DNA of 63,892 bases, counting the filler, from an uncultured bacterium (lineage in GTDB: Bacteria; DAOPZR01): the NCBI GenBank assembly GCA_964637655.1. It is 6 parts of 6 records of this genome, joined end to end, with 100 filler letters (N's around TTAATTAATTAA, not from the genome) between each part and the next. Parts side by side here need not be neighbours in the genome. Positions count along the whole stretch, not along the records: positions 21,977 to 32,612 come from CAZWUZ010000120.1; positions 32,713 to 43,296 come from CAZWUZ010000121.1; 4 more parts are not named here. One strand, given 5' to 3'. How positions within the stretch are numbered: position 1 is the first letter of the stretch; every line of letters starts with the position of its first letter. Shown in pieces: positions 22,888-32,806 of the stretch. The notes below the pieces were generated by a model. The model did no database searches and was not told where the DNA came from. It saw only the letters and a program-made list of their open reading frames with translations. Made by a program: the position numbers and the translations under genes.

Positions 22888-25017
22888 TTACTTCCCGAGC
22901 AGGACGACGACGCTGCGCGAGGCGGCCGCGTAGCGGAGCGGCGTGGTGAGTTTCTCCTCGCGTCCGTGGTCGAGGAAGTCCTTCCCGAAGGGGAGGGCGG
23001 TATCGACCACGCGGTACCACTGCTTGCCGTCGCTCAGGTGCGGCAGCACGATCTCCTGCGGCTGCCAGCCGGCATGCCAGATGAAGTAGAGATGGTAGTT
23101 GCCGGGGGCATGCTCCGCCTCACGCCCGTCGAACTCGCAGCAGAGCGTGCGCTGTTCGCGGTCGTGCCAGTCGGGCGGTTCGCCGTCGGGCCCGTACCAG
23201 GTGATGTCGGCGCTGCAGGCCTCGTCGCAGACCTGCCCGACGAGGAAATTGCGCCGCTGGAACACCCCGTAGCGGCGGCGGAACTCGATGGCGCGGCGGC
23301 AGAACTGGAATATCTCTTTGTGTTTTTCGCACAGTTTCCAGTCGAACCACGAGAGTTCGTTGTCCTGGCAGTAGGTGTTGTTGTTGCCGCGCTGCGTGCG
23401 GTACATCTCGTCGCCTCCGAGCAGCATCGGGGTCCCGATGGAAAACAGCAGTCCGGACAGAAGATTCTTCACCTGCTGGCGGCGCAGGCGGTTGACCGCG
23501 CTGTCGCGCGTCTCCCCCTCGTGCCCGCAGTTCCACGAATTGTTGTCGTTGCTGCCGTCGCGGTTCTGCTCCCCGTTGGCCTCGTTGTGCTTGCGGTTGT
23601 AGGAGACGAGGTCACGCAGGGTGAACCCGTCGTGGCAGGTGATGAAATTGATGCTGTTGTAGGCATGGCGCCCGTCGTCGGCGAAGAGGTCGGAGGAACC
23701 GGTCAGGCGCTTGCCGAAATCGCGCACCTGCCCGGCATCACCCTTGACGAAACGGCGCAGGGTATCGCGGAACTTGCCGTTCCACTCCGACCAGTCGACA
23801 GGAAAGTTGCCGATCTGGTAGGTCCCGATATCCCACGGCTCGGCGATGAGCTTGACGCGGCTGAGCACGGGGTCCTGGGAAATCGCGTCGAAGAATGATG
23901 CCCCCTTCTGGAAATTCCCCCCTTCGCGCCCGAGCACCGAGGCCAGGTCGAAGCGGAACCCGTCGACATGCATTTCCTGCACCCAGTAGCGCAGGGAGTC
24001 CATGATCAGGCGCAGGACGGCGGGTTCGTTGGCCTTGAGGTTGTTGCCGCACCCCGAATCATTGCGGTAGTAGCGCCGCGGCTGTTCCTCGCTGCCGGTG
24101 AGCATGTAATAGGTGGGATTGTCGATCCCCTTGAACGACACCGTCGGACCGAGTTCATTTCCCTCCCCGGTGTGGTTGTAAACCACGTCGAGGATGACCT
24201 CGATGCCCGCGCGGTGCAGTTCGCGCACGAGGGTCTTGAACTCGGTCACCTGACAGCCGGGGGCGCGGCGCGTGCTGTAGGAGATCTCCGGGGCGAAGTA
24301 GCCGATGGTGTTGTAGCCCCAGTAGTTGGCCAGTCCCTTGTCCTGCAGAAAATCCTCGCCATAATGCTCGTGCACGGGGAGGAATTCGACCGCGTTGATG
24401 CCCAGTTCCCTGAGGTGGGGAATCTTCTCGATGAAGCCGAGATAGGTGCCGGAAAAGCGCGCGCCCGACGAGGCATGGGCGGTGAATCCCTTGACATGCA
24501 CCTCGTAGATGACGAGTTTTTCCAGCGGCAGGTCGGGTGGTTCGTCGCCCAGCCAGTCGAAGTTGTCGTCGATCACGACGCCCCTGGGGACACAGGCGCT
24601 GTTGTCGCGCGTGTCCATCACCAGGTCTTTGTCGGGGGACGCGGCGTCGTAGGCCAGCAGCAGGTTGTCCGTATTGCGGAATTTGCCCGAAACGGCCTTC
24701 GCGTAGGGGTCAAGCAGCAGCTTGTGCGGGTTGAAGCGCAGGCCGCTGGCCGGGTCATACGGTCCGACGACGCGGTAGCCATAGAGCTGGCCGTGCCCGA
24801 TCCCCTCGACAAAACAATGCCAGATATGGCGCGTGCGATGACACAGACGGATGGTATCGGTGGGCGGGCCATCCGCGGTGTCGAAGAGCAGCAGCCAGAC
24901 CTCGTGCGCGTGCTGCGCATAGAGGGCAAAATTGACCCCGTCAGCGAGCGCGGTGGCGCCCAGCGGCCAGTGATGACCAAGACCGACGGTTTTCTCCGTG
25001 TGCTGGCTCAGTTCCAT
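22888..25017 (-). CDS. glgX: Glycogen debranching enzyme / isoamylase (GH13)
   Basis: GVNFAL, KLLLDPYAKA, IYEVHVKGFT, NYWGYNT, DVVYNHTGEG, DGFRFDLAS, AEPWD, CHDGFTL. Confidence 0.96.
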   Translation of the reverse strand: MELSQHTEKTVGLGHHWPLGATALADGVNFALYAQHAHEVWLLLFDTADGPPTDTIRLCHRTRHIWHCFVEGIGHGQLYGYRVVGPYDPASGLRFNPHKLLLDPYAKAVSGKFRNTDNLLLAYDAASPDKDLVMDTRDNSACVPRGVVIDDNFDWLGDEPPDLPLEKLVIYEVHVKGFTAHASSGARFSGTYLGFIEKIPHLRELGINAVEFLPVHEHYGEDFLQDKGLANYWGYNTIGYFAPEISYSTRRAPGCQVTEFKTLVRELHRAGIEVILDVVYNHTGEGNELGPTVSFKGIDNPTYYMLTGSEEQPRRYYRNDSGCGNNLKANEPAVLRLIMDSLRYWVQEMHVDGFRFDLASVLGREGGNFQKGASFFDAISQDPVLSRVKLIAEPWDIGTYQIGNFPVDWSEWNGKFRDTLRRFVKGDAGQVRDFGKRLTGSSDLFADDGRHAYNSINFITCHDGFTLRDLVSYNRKHNEANGEQNRDGSNDNNSWNCGHEGETRDSAVNRLRRQQVKNLLSGLLFSIGTPMLLGGDEMYRTQRGNNNTYCQDNELSWFDWKLCEKHKEIFQFCRRAIEFRRRYGVFQRRNFLVGQVCDEACSADITWYGPDGEPPDWHDREQRTLCCEFDGREAEHAPGNYHLYFIWHAGWQPQEIVLPHLSDGKQWYRVVDTALPFGKDFLDHGREEKLTTPLRYAAASRSVVVLLGK

Positions 25018-25079
25018 GCGTTCCTCCCGCGCCCTGCTATACCATAGCCGCGGCGCAGCAGCAATGCTATACTGCGCGC

Positions 25080-25343
25080 ATGAAGAAACAGGTGCGCACC
25101 TGGCTGCGCTGGAGCGGCGGCATTCTGCTCATCCTGCTCGGCATCGCCGGCGGCTTCATCCCGGTGCTGCAGGGGTGGGTGTTGATTCTCGCCGGGCTGG
25201 CGGTCATCGCCCCGGAATACCCGCCCGCGGCGCGGCTGCTCGCGCATTTGCGCGCGCGCTGGCAGCACCGGCGGCACCGGGGGCGGCCGCCCGTTCAGTC
25301 CGCCGGCGAATCCGCGCCGCCGGAGTGCAGCACCCGGCGGTAG
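25080..25343 (+). CDS. Small membrane protein (PGPGW/DUF454-like hairpin)
   Basis: Two hydrophobic segments GILLILLGIAGGFIPVLQGWVLILAGLAVIA. Confidence 0.6.
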   Translation: MKKQVRTWLRWSGGILLILLGIAGGFIPVLQGWVLILAGLAVIAPEYPPAARLLAHLRARWQHRRHRGRPPVQSAGESAPPECSTRR

Positions 25344-25912
25344 TCCTCCGGATCATCGATATCGAGCAGGCAGCCCGGGTCGTCGACCGGGACGGGCAGT
25401 TCGCGCGCGGCATGGGCGCGGCGCAGGCCGCGCGGCCCGTCGGGCCAGTCCCCCTGCAGTATTTCCGGGAACAGGTCAGCGGGAAAAATGACCGGGTGAC
25501 CGCCGCGCCCGTTGCGGCGCGGGACGATGATACGGTCGGGGTGTTCACTCCAGGCCGCAACCACCGCGCGCACGGTTGCCGGCTGCAGCGCGGGCAGATC
25601 GACGAGGGTGACGAGCGCGCCGGCGGCGGCGGCGGGAAGCGCGGCAATCCCCGCCTGCAACGAGGAGAGCATTCCCTGTTCCCAGGCGGGATTTTCCACC
25701 ACACGCACCGCGGACAGGTCGCAGGCGGCACGCACTTCGTCCGCGCGGCAGCCGAGTACGACCGTCAGGTCGGTAAGGCCGGCGGCACGCAGGGTGGTGA
25801 GCACCGCGGAGAGAAACGGCACGCCCTGCCAGTCCATGACCTGCTTGAGGGGGCCGCCCATGCGCCGCGAAGCGCCCGCGGCAAGAATGACGGCCGGCAT
25901 ATCCCGTGTCAT
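25295..25912 (-). CDS. MobA/MocA-family nucleotidyltransferase (molybdenum cofactor cytidylyltransferase-like)
   Basis: VILAAGASRRMG, NPAWEQGMLSSL, LVDLP, GHPVIF, LDIDDPEDY; exact start uncertain. Confidence 0.85.
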   Translation of the reverse strand: MTRDMPAVILAAGASRRMGGPLKQVMDWQGVPFLSAVLTTLRAAGLTDLTVVLGCRADEVRAACDLSAVRVVENPAWEQGMLSSLQAGIAALPAAAAGALVTLVDLPALQPATVRAVVAAWSEHPDRIIVPRRNGRGGHPVIFPADLFPEILQGDWPDGPRGLRRAHAARELPVPVDDPGCLLDIDDPEDYRRVLHSGGADSPAD

Positions 25913-25976
25913 GGGGCGCATCCTACCTTATTCCCGCCATTGCCGCACTTCGTCACCAATTATATGAGTACTCAGG

Positions 25977-26005
25977 TTGACCGCCGCCGCCGGGTATGGT
26001 AACGT
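25977..26005 (+). promoter_or_regulatory. Putative sigma70 promoter of the acyl-CoA dehydrogenase/etf operon
   Basis: TTGACC-17 nt-TAACGT with TG extended -10. Confidence 0.5.
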
Positions 26006-26044
26006 AAAGTGGCTGTATATTTCGCATAGGGAAAGAGGTGTCGC

Positions 26045-27199
26045 ATGGAGTATCTCCTGACCGAAGACCAGCAGATGGTGCGTGATCTCGCGCGGCAGAT
26101 CGCTGATGAGAAGGTGCGCCCGGTCGCGGCCCATTACGACGAGAAGAACGAGTTCCCGTGGGAGATGATCAAGCTGTTCGCCCAGTCGGACCTGTTCGGG
26201 GTCTTCGTTCCCGAGGAGTACGGCGGTATGCCGGGAAGCGGCTGCTTCCCGATGGTGCTGGTGACCGAGGAACTCTCCAAGGCGTGCGCGGGGATCGCGT
26301 TGGGACTGGCGGCGAGCGCGCTCGGCACCTACCCGATCATCCTGCACGGCACGGACGAGCAGAAGAAAGCGTACCTGCCCGACATCGCCTCCGGCAAGCG
26401 ACTGGCGGCGTTCGCGCTGACCGAGGCGAATGCGGGGAGCGACGCGGGGAACATCCAGACCACCGCGGTGAAGGACGGCAACGAGTACGTGCTCAACGGC
26501 ACCAAGCAGTGGATCACCAACGGCGGCGAAGCGGAAATCTACACGGTTATCGCCATGACCAACCGCAGCAAGGGGGCGCGCGGCGCCTCGGCCTTCATCG
26601 TCGAGAAGGACACCCCGGGCTTCACGTTCGGCAAGAAAGAGGACAAGATGGGGATTCGCGCCAGCGCCACGCGCGAACTCGTCTTCCAGGACTGCCGCAT
26701 CCCGGCGGCCAACCTCATCGGGCGCGAGGGGATGGGCTTCGGCGTGGCGATGAACACGCTCGACAAATCGCGCCCCGGCGTGGCGGCACAGGCACTGGGG
26801 ATCGCGCAGGGGGCGCTCGATATCGCGGTGAAATATTCGCGCGAGCGCGAGCAGTTCGGTCAGCCGATTTCCGCCTTCCAGGGTGTGCAGTTCATGCTCG
26901 CCGACATGGCGACACAGGTGGAGGCGGCGCGCGCGCTGGTCTACGCCACGGCGCGGATGATCGACAGCGGGGCCAAGCGCATCGGCAAGGAATCGGCGAT
27001 GTGCAAGCTGTTCGCCTCGGACACAGCGATGCGGGTTACCACCGACGCGGTGCAGGTGCTCGGCGGTTACGGCTACATGCGCGAGTACCCGGTGGAAAAG
27101 ATGATGCGCGACGCGAAGATCACGCAGATCTACGAGGGAACGAACCAGATCCAACGCAGCGTGATTGCCACCAACCTCATCCGCGAGAGCGCCGGCTAA
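26045..27199 (+). CDS. Acyl-CoA dehydrogenase (butyryl-CoA dehydrogenase-like)
   Basis: AFALTEANAGSDA, LNGTKQWITNG, GYGYMREYPVEKMMRDAKITQIYEGTNQIQR. Confidence 0.95.
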   Translation: MEYLLTEDQQMVRDLARQIADEKVRPVAAHYDEKNEFPWEMIKLFAQSDLFGVFVPEEYGGMPGSGCFPMVLVTEELSKACAGIALGLAASALGTYPIILHGTDEQKKAYLPDIASGKRLAAFALTEANAGSDAGNIQTTAVKDGNEYVLNGTKQWITNGGEAEIYTVIAMTNRSKGARGASAFIVEKDTPGFTFGKKEDKMGIRASATRELVFQDCRIPAANLIGREGMGFGVAMNTLDKSRPGVAAQALGIAQGALDIAVKYSREREQFGQPISAFQGVQFMLADMATQVEAARALVYATARMIDSGAKRIGKESAMCKLFASDTAMRVTTDAVQVLGGYGYMREYPVEKMMRDAKITQIYEGTNQIQRSVIATNLIRESAG

Positions 27200-27211
27200 G
27201 GAAGCGCGGTC

Positions 27212-28003
27212 ATGCACATCATCGTCTGCATCAAGCAGGTGCCGGACACCACCGAGGTACGCCTCGACAGCACCACCAACACGCTCATTCGCGACGGCGT
27301 GCCCAGCATCATCAATCCGTTCGATATGTACGCCATCGAGGAGGCGCTGCGCCTGAAGGAGGCGCACGGCGGCACGGTAACGGTGCTGTCGATGGGCCCG
27401 CCGCAGGTGGAGAGCGCGCTGCGCGAGGCGCTGGCCCTGGGCGCGGACAAGGCGGTACTCCTCTCCGACCGCGCCTTTGCCGGGGCCGACACGTGGGCGA
27501 CCTCGACCACCATCGCCGCGGGGATCCGCGCGCTGGACGCATGCGACCTGATCATCTGCGGCAAGCAGGCGATTGACGGTGACACCGCGCAGGTCGGCCC
27601 GGGGGTGGCGGAATTCCTCGACATCCCGCAGGTGACCTTCGTCAAGAAGGTTGCGGCATTCGCCGACGGGAAGCTGACCGTACACCGCATGGTCGAGGAG
27701 GGCTACGAAGTCATCCGCGTACCGCTCCCGGCCATGCTCACCGTGGTCAAGGAGATCAACGAGCCGCGCCTGCCGTCGCTCAAGGGAAAGATGCGCGCCA
27801 AAAAGGAAACCATCACTGTGCTCAATGCCGCGGCGCTCGCCGGGCAGCTGGGCGAGGCGAAAATCGGGCTGGACGGCTCGCCCACGCGCGTGGTCAAGGT
27901 CTTCACCCCGCCGCGCAAGACGTCGGGTGAAATCTGGCACGGCGAGGCGGACGAACTGGCGAAAAAACTCGCCGACTTTCTGAAGAAACGGAGGGTCGGG
28001 TGA
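27212..28003 (+). CDS. etfB: Electron transfer flavoprotein beta subunit
   Basis: IIVCIKQVPD, INPFDMYAIEEAL, FAGADTWATS, GKQAIDGDTAQVGP. Confidence 0.95.
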   Translation: MHIIVCIKQVPDTTEVRLDSTTNTLIRDGVPSIINPFDMYAIEEALRLKEAHGGTVTVLSMGPPQVESALREALALGADKAVLLSDRAFAGADTWATSTTIAAGIRALDACDLIICGKQAIDGDTAQVGPGVAEFLDIPQVTFVKKVAAFADGKLTVHRMVEEGYEVIRVPLPAMLTVVKEINEPRLPSLKGKMRAKKETITVLNAAALAGQLGEAKIGLDGSPTRVVKVFTPPRKTSGEIWHGEADELAKKLADFLKKRRVG

Positions 28004-29184
28004 TGTCCTCCATCATCGTCGCCACGGAACAATGCGTCGGTTGCGGGCTGTGCGTGCGCGCCTGCCCGTTCGGCGCCATCACGGTGGAGAACCGCATCGC
28101 GGTGATCGGCGAAAAATGCACCCTGTGCGGCGCCTGCGTCGAGTCGTGCAAATTCAACGCCATCGTCATCCACCGCGCGAAGGTGGCGGGGAGCGACCTG
28201 GCCGCCTACAAAAATGGGTGGGTGTTCGCGGAGCAGCGGCGCGGCGAACTGCAGAGCGTGGCGCTGGAGCTGCTCGGCGCCGGCCGCACGCTCGCGGACG
28301 CGCGCGACAGCAAACTGGTCGCGGTGCTCGCCGGGCACCACATTGCCGGGCTGGCACCGACGCTCATCGCGCACGGTGCCGACCGGGTCATCGTCATCGA
28401 CGACCCGGCACTCACGGACTACCTGACCGAGCCCTACACCACCGCGCTGGCGCAGGTGGCGGAGAAATACCGGCCGGAGATCATCCTCGGGGGCGCCTCG
28501 ACGCTGGGACGCGACCTGCTGCCGCGCCTCGCGGTGCGTCTGCACACCGGGTTGACCGCCGACTGCACCGCGCTGGCCATTGACGATGAGAAGGGGTTGC
28601 TGCTGCAGACGCGACCCGCGTTCGGCGGCAACATCATGGCCACCATCATCTGCCCGGATTTCCGGCCGCAGATGGCGACGGTACGGCCGCACGTGATGAA
28701 ACCGCTGGCGGCCGACCCGTCCCGGAAGGGCGAGATCCTCACAGAAACTGTCACCGGCCTGCGCAGCCGCACCGAGCTGCTGGAACTGGTGCGCGAAGAA
28801 GGCGATACCGTCAAGATCACCGAAGCGGAAACCATTGTCTCGGGCGGGCGCGGCATGCAGGGCCCGGAAAAATTCGCGCTGCTGCAGGACCTGGCGAAGC
28901 AGCTGGGCGGCTCGGTCGGCGCCTCACGCGCCGCGGTCGACGCCGGCTGGATCAAGTATTCGCACCAGGTCGGGCAGACGGGCAAAACGGTACAGCCGAA
29001 GCTCTACATCGCCTGCGGCATCTCGGGCGCGGTGCAGCATCTCGTCGGCATGCAGTCGGCGGACTGCATCATCGCCATCAACCGCGACGGCAGCGCGCCG
29101 ATCATCGGGGTGGCGGATGTCGCCGTGGTCGGCGACGTGTTTGAGATTGTCCCGAAGGTCATCAGCGAACTGAATAAAGCTTAG
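28003..29184 (+). CDS. etfA: Electron transfer flavoprotein alpha subunit with N-terminal 2[4Fe-4S] ferredoxin domain
   Basis: CVGCGLCVRACP and CTLCGACVESC; GLTADCT, RPAFGGN, QVGQTGKTV.PKLYIACGISGAVQH; TGATG overlap with etfB. Confidence 0.95.
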   Translation: MSSIIVATEQCVGCGLCVRACPFGAITVENRIAVIGEKCTLCGACVESCKFNAIVIHRAKVAGSDLAAYKNGWVFAEQRRGELQSVALELLGAGRTLADARDSKLVAVLAGHHIAGLAPTLIAHGADRVIVIDDPALTDYLTEPYTTALAQVAEKYRPEIILGGASTLGRDLLPRLAVRLHTGLTADCTALAIDDEKGLLLQTRPAFGGNIMATIICPDFRPQMATVRPHVMKPLAADPSRKGEILTETVTGLRSRTELLELVREEGDTVKITEAETIVSGGRGMQGPEKFALLQDLAKQLGGSVGASRAAVDAGWIKYSHQVGQTGKTVQPKLYIACGISGAVQHLVGMQSADCIIAINRDGSAPIIGVADVAVVGDVFEIVPKVISELNKA

Positions 29185-29253
29185 GCGGGCGCGGGCGTCG
29201 CGGCCAGCGGCACAGCCGCAGTCGCGCACCGCGGCAGGAGTGACGGCGGCCGG

Positions 29254-30204
29254 TTACTGCTGCGCGAGCGCCCGCAGCGCCGGCGTGATGGTATAGCCCG
29301 TGGCGGTTGCCGCATCGTCATTGAGCAGCAGCTGCGCGTGGGGCACACGGACAAAAGGAATGGCCTGCGGCGACTCGCCGCGCACGATGCGCGCCGCCAG
29401 TTCCGCCGCGGAGCGCCCGACATCAGTAAAATCATGACCATAGCCGAGAATAGCACCAGCCCCCGCCTGGTCGCTGGCCATGGCAAAAAGGGGAACACGC
29501 GCGCGGCGCGACGCCTGCACGAGAGCGGGAAACCCGCCGGCGGTCAGCGGCTCGGGAAACTGGCAGATGCAGTCGAGGTTCATGCCGCAGAGTGCCGCCG
29601 CCGCGTCGGGCAGTTCCTGCGCGGTCGCCACCGGCACCGTCACCAGTTCGATGCCGGACGCCGCCAGCACGCGGGTGAGTTCCCCCCGCGCATAGACCGA
29701 GTAATTGTCCGTCGGGCAGAAGAGCGCGCCCGCCCGGCGCACCCCGGGCAGGGCGGCGCGCAGCACGGGCACGATGGCGGCAAAATCGGTGTAGGTGACA
29801 ACCCCGGTGACATTGGGCAGATGCTGCGTGTCGCTGGTCGCCACACCATTGGCCACCGGGTCGTCGATGAAGGTGAAGACCACCGGCAGCGACGGGAGTT
29901 TCCGCACCGCGGCCTGCAGCACGGGGGTGGTGGTGGTGACCATGATATCGGTGCCGTCAGACGCGGCCAGATCGAGAATGCTGTTGAGCGTCGCCACGTC
30001 GCCCTGCGCCGATTTTATTTCCAGGGTGTACGGGATCGCCGCCAGTTCGCGGGCCAGTTGTTCGTCGAAGCCGGCCGCCATGGTAGCAAACGGCTGTGCA
30101 TCGGTAAACTTGACCAGGGTTATATGCACGTTGTCCGGCCCGCGCCCGCACCCCGCCAGCAGCACCGTCAGCAGCAGCACCCCGCACCAGTCACGCACTT
30201 GCAT
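29254..30204 (-). CDS. ABC-type substrate-binding lipoprotein (ABC_sub_bind family), orphan
   Basis: GGAGG RBS before ATG 30204; lipobox LAGC; AQGD, PVVFTFIDDP, NVTGV, GESPQAIPF. Confidence 0.8.
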   Translation of the reverse strand: MQVRDWCGVLLLTVLLAGCGRGPDNVHITLVKFTDAQPFATMAAGFDEQLARELAAIPYTLEIKSAQGDVATLNSILDLAASDGTDIMVTTTTPVLQAAVRKLPSLPVVFTFIDDPVANGVATSDTQHLPNVTGVVTYTDFAAIVPVLRAALPGVRRAGALFCPTDNYSVYARGELTRVLAASGIELVTVPVATAQELPDAAAALCGMNLDCICQFPEPLTAGGFPALVQASRRARVPLFAMASDQAGAGAILGYGHDFTDVGRSAAELAARIVRGESPQAIPFVRVPHAQLLLNDDAATATGYTITPALRALAQQ

Positions 30205-30310
30205 GTGACACCTCCACCGCGCGCAGCGTAGCACTCCACTGCAGGCGCCGTCAATATCTTGCCAAACCGGCGGCGGTGAGGTAGGATACCGGCATCCACA
30301 GGAGGGACCC

Positions 30311-31366
30311 ATGGCCACACCCGTCAAGGTCGGTATCATCGGCGCGGCAAGCGCCGTCTCGGAAGTGCTCATCCGCCTGCTGCTGCAGCATCCGCAGGTC
30401 ACGCTCGATTACCTCGTGTCAGACACGTACGAGGGGAAACCGCTGGCGACCGCGCACCCGCGCCTCGCCGGGCTGAGCGACCTGACGTTTACCCCGTACA
30501 ACGTGCAGCGTGCGACCCAGTGCCAGGTGCTCTTCTTCGGGCGCGGGCACGGGGAATCGACGGGGATGGTGCGCCCGCTGCTCGACGCGGGCTGCACCGT
30601 CATCGATTTGTCAGCTGATTTCCGGCTGCGCGACGCGGCGCTGTACGAGAGCACCTACAAAGTAAAACACCAGGACCCGCAGCTGCTCAAGCAGGCGGTG
30701 TTTGCCCTGCCCGAATGGTATGCCGACCGCATCCGCGGCGCGAAACTCATCGCCAACCCGGGCTGCTACGTGACCAGCGTGCTGCTCGCCGCGCTGCCGC
30801 TGCTCAAGGCGAACCTCGTCGCCGGGCAGGACCTGATTGCCGATTCCTATTCGGGGATCAGCGGCGCGGGGCGCAAACCGTCCGTGAGCGGCATGCTGAT
30901 CAATGCCGCCAGCAACATGCGCCCGTACAATTTTTTCACACACCGGCATGTGCCGGAGATGGAGCAGGAGCTGAACGTCGTGGCGCCGCGCCCGGTGCGC
31001 GTGGTCTTCACCCCGCACGTCGCGCCCTACCCGCAGGGGATCATCACCACGCTGTTCGCCAAGGTGCCACCGGGCACCACTGCGGGCGCCATCGAGGCCG
31101 CGTATCGCGCCTGCTACCCGCGCGCCAGCGCGCCCTTCGTACGTTTGCTGCCGGCGGGACAGCATCCGGAACTGCTGCCTATCGTCGACACGAATTTCTG
31201 CGACATCGGTTTTTCGCTCGACGGACGCACGCAGACACTCGCGGTCACGTCAGTGCTCGACAACCTGGTCAAGGGAGCGTCGGGGCAGGCGGTGGAAAAC
31301 ATGAACCTCGCCTGCGGTTTCGCACGCGGGGCCGGGCTGCCCTACGGCAGCATACTCACCGCGTAG
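30311..31366 (+). CDS. argC: N-acetyl-gamma-glutamyl-phosphate reductase
   Basis: VIDLSADFRL, IANPGCY, SGISGAGR, HRHVPE, DNLVKGASGQAVENMN. Confidence 0.93.
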   Translation: MATPVKVGIIGAASAVSEVLIRLLLQHPQVTLDYLVSDTYEGKPLATAHPRLAGLSDLTFTPYNVQRATQCQVLFFGRGHGESTGMVRPLLDAGCTVIDLSADFRLRDAALYESTYKVKHQDPQLLKQAVFALPEWYADRIRGAKLIANPGCYVTSVLLAALPLLKANLVAGQDLIADSYSGISGAGRKPSVSGMLINAASNMRPYNFFTHRHVPEMEQELNVVAPRPVRVVFTPHVAPYPQGIITTLFAKVPPGTTAGAIEAAYRACYPRASAPFVRLLPAGQHPELLPIVDTNFCDIGFSLDGRTQTLAVTSVLDNLVKGASGQAVENMNLACGFARGAGLPYGSILTA

Positions 31367-32612
31367 ATGCGCTGCTTTCTGCCCTACGGCAGCGGTACGG
31401 TTGTTCTGGAGATTCCTGACGGCCGGGTCGGCGCGCAGTGCGCGCCGGCTCCCGCCGCGGCGGCGGCGGCCGCCCCCGGCCTGCTGGCCGCGGCGCTGGC
31501 GCCGCTGCGCACCCTCGCGCGCGGCAAACGGGTCACGCTGCTGCTGAGCGACCGCACCCGCAGCACGCCACGCGCTGCTGCCGGCAACGCGCTGCTGGCA
31601 CACCTCGCGACCGCGGCACACGTGCATATCGCCATCACCACCGGCTCGCACAGCAGCAATCATCCTGCGGACCGGGCGCTGCTCGACACCCTGCTGACGC
31701 AGGCGGCTGCCGCCGGCATACCCGCTGACGGTCAGGTGCACGACTGTCATGCGGGTCCATGCCGCGATTACGACACCACGGCGGCGGGCACCCCGGTGCA
31801 GCTCAACGCGCGCGCCATGGACGCCGACCTGTTTGCGGTGCATGCGGACATGAAGCCGCACTATTTCGCCGGTTATTCCAACGTCGCCAAACATTTTCTT
31901 CCCGGACTCAGCGCCTACCCCGGCATCGAACGCAACCATGCGCTGGCCCTGCTGCCGGCGGCAGCGGCCGGCTGCCACCCCTGGCATCCCGACCCGGCAC
32001 GACACACCAACCCGCTGGCGGCGGACATTGCGGAAGCATTTGCCCGCGCGGCCGGCGAGCGGGTGGTCTTTACCCTGGCCACCATCGCCAGCGGCGAGCA
32101 GGTGCAGTGGGCAGCGGCCGGCGACGCGCAAACGGTAACCGCGGCCGGCATCACCACGCTCGACCGTGACTGGGCACGCGTGCTGCCGCCCGTCAGCCAC
32201 GTTATCATCAGTTGCGGCGGCTACCCGCTGGACGAAACGCTTTACACCGCGCATGCCGGGTTGGAGATGGCACGTGCCGTTTTCCGGCCCGGAGCGGAGA
32301 TACTGCTGCTGGCGGAATGCCGCGACGGTATCGCCCCCAACGCGGAAGCCGTGGCCAACTTTTATGAGCCGCTGTGTGCGCGGAGCGCGCCTCCCGACCG
32401 CAGCCGCTACCGGCTCGGGGCACACAAAGCGGCGCGCCTGGCCGCACTGCGTGACGGGTGCCACATCCACCTGCATTCCGCGCTGCCGGACGCCACCGTG
32501 ACCGCCGCCGGTTTCATCCCCGCGCACGACCCGCAGGCACTGGTCGCGCAATGGCTGGCTGCGGGGGCGTGCCCGGCCGTCATCAGCGGAGCGAACAAGC
32601 TGCTGCTGCGTC
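31367..32612 (+). CDS. LarA-family (nickel-pincer lactate racemase/epimerase homolog, DUF2088) protein, 3' end at contig break
   Basis: LPYG, SDRTR, TGSH, PHYFAGYSNVAKHFLPG, ERNH, SCGGYPLDETLY, LLAECRDG. Confidence 0.75.
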
Positions 32613-32712
32613 NNNNNNNNNNNNNNNNNNNNNNNNNNNNNNNNNNNNNNNNNNNNTTAATTAATTAANNNNNNNNNNNNNNNNNNNNNNNNNNNNNNNN
32701 NNNNNNNNNNNN
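32613..32712. other. Artificial contig linker
   Basis: N44-TTAATTAATTAA-N44. Confidence 0.99.
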
Positions 32713-32806
32713 GGAAGGAAAGCAGCATAACACACCTCGATAACGGTTTGCGGGGGAAACGGGTTTCCCCTCCCGCTTTCCTTATCGGCAGGTGCGCGGC
32801 AGGTAT

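Noticed and set aside
32750-32776. GGGGAAA-CGGG-TTTCCCC hairpin near the contig start
   Set aside because: Probably a terminator between convergent genes, but there is no clear U-tract and the context is truncated, so it was not called
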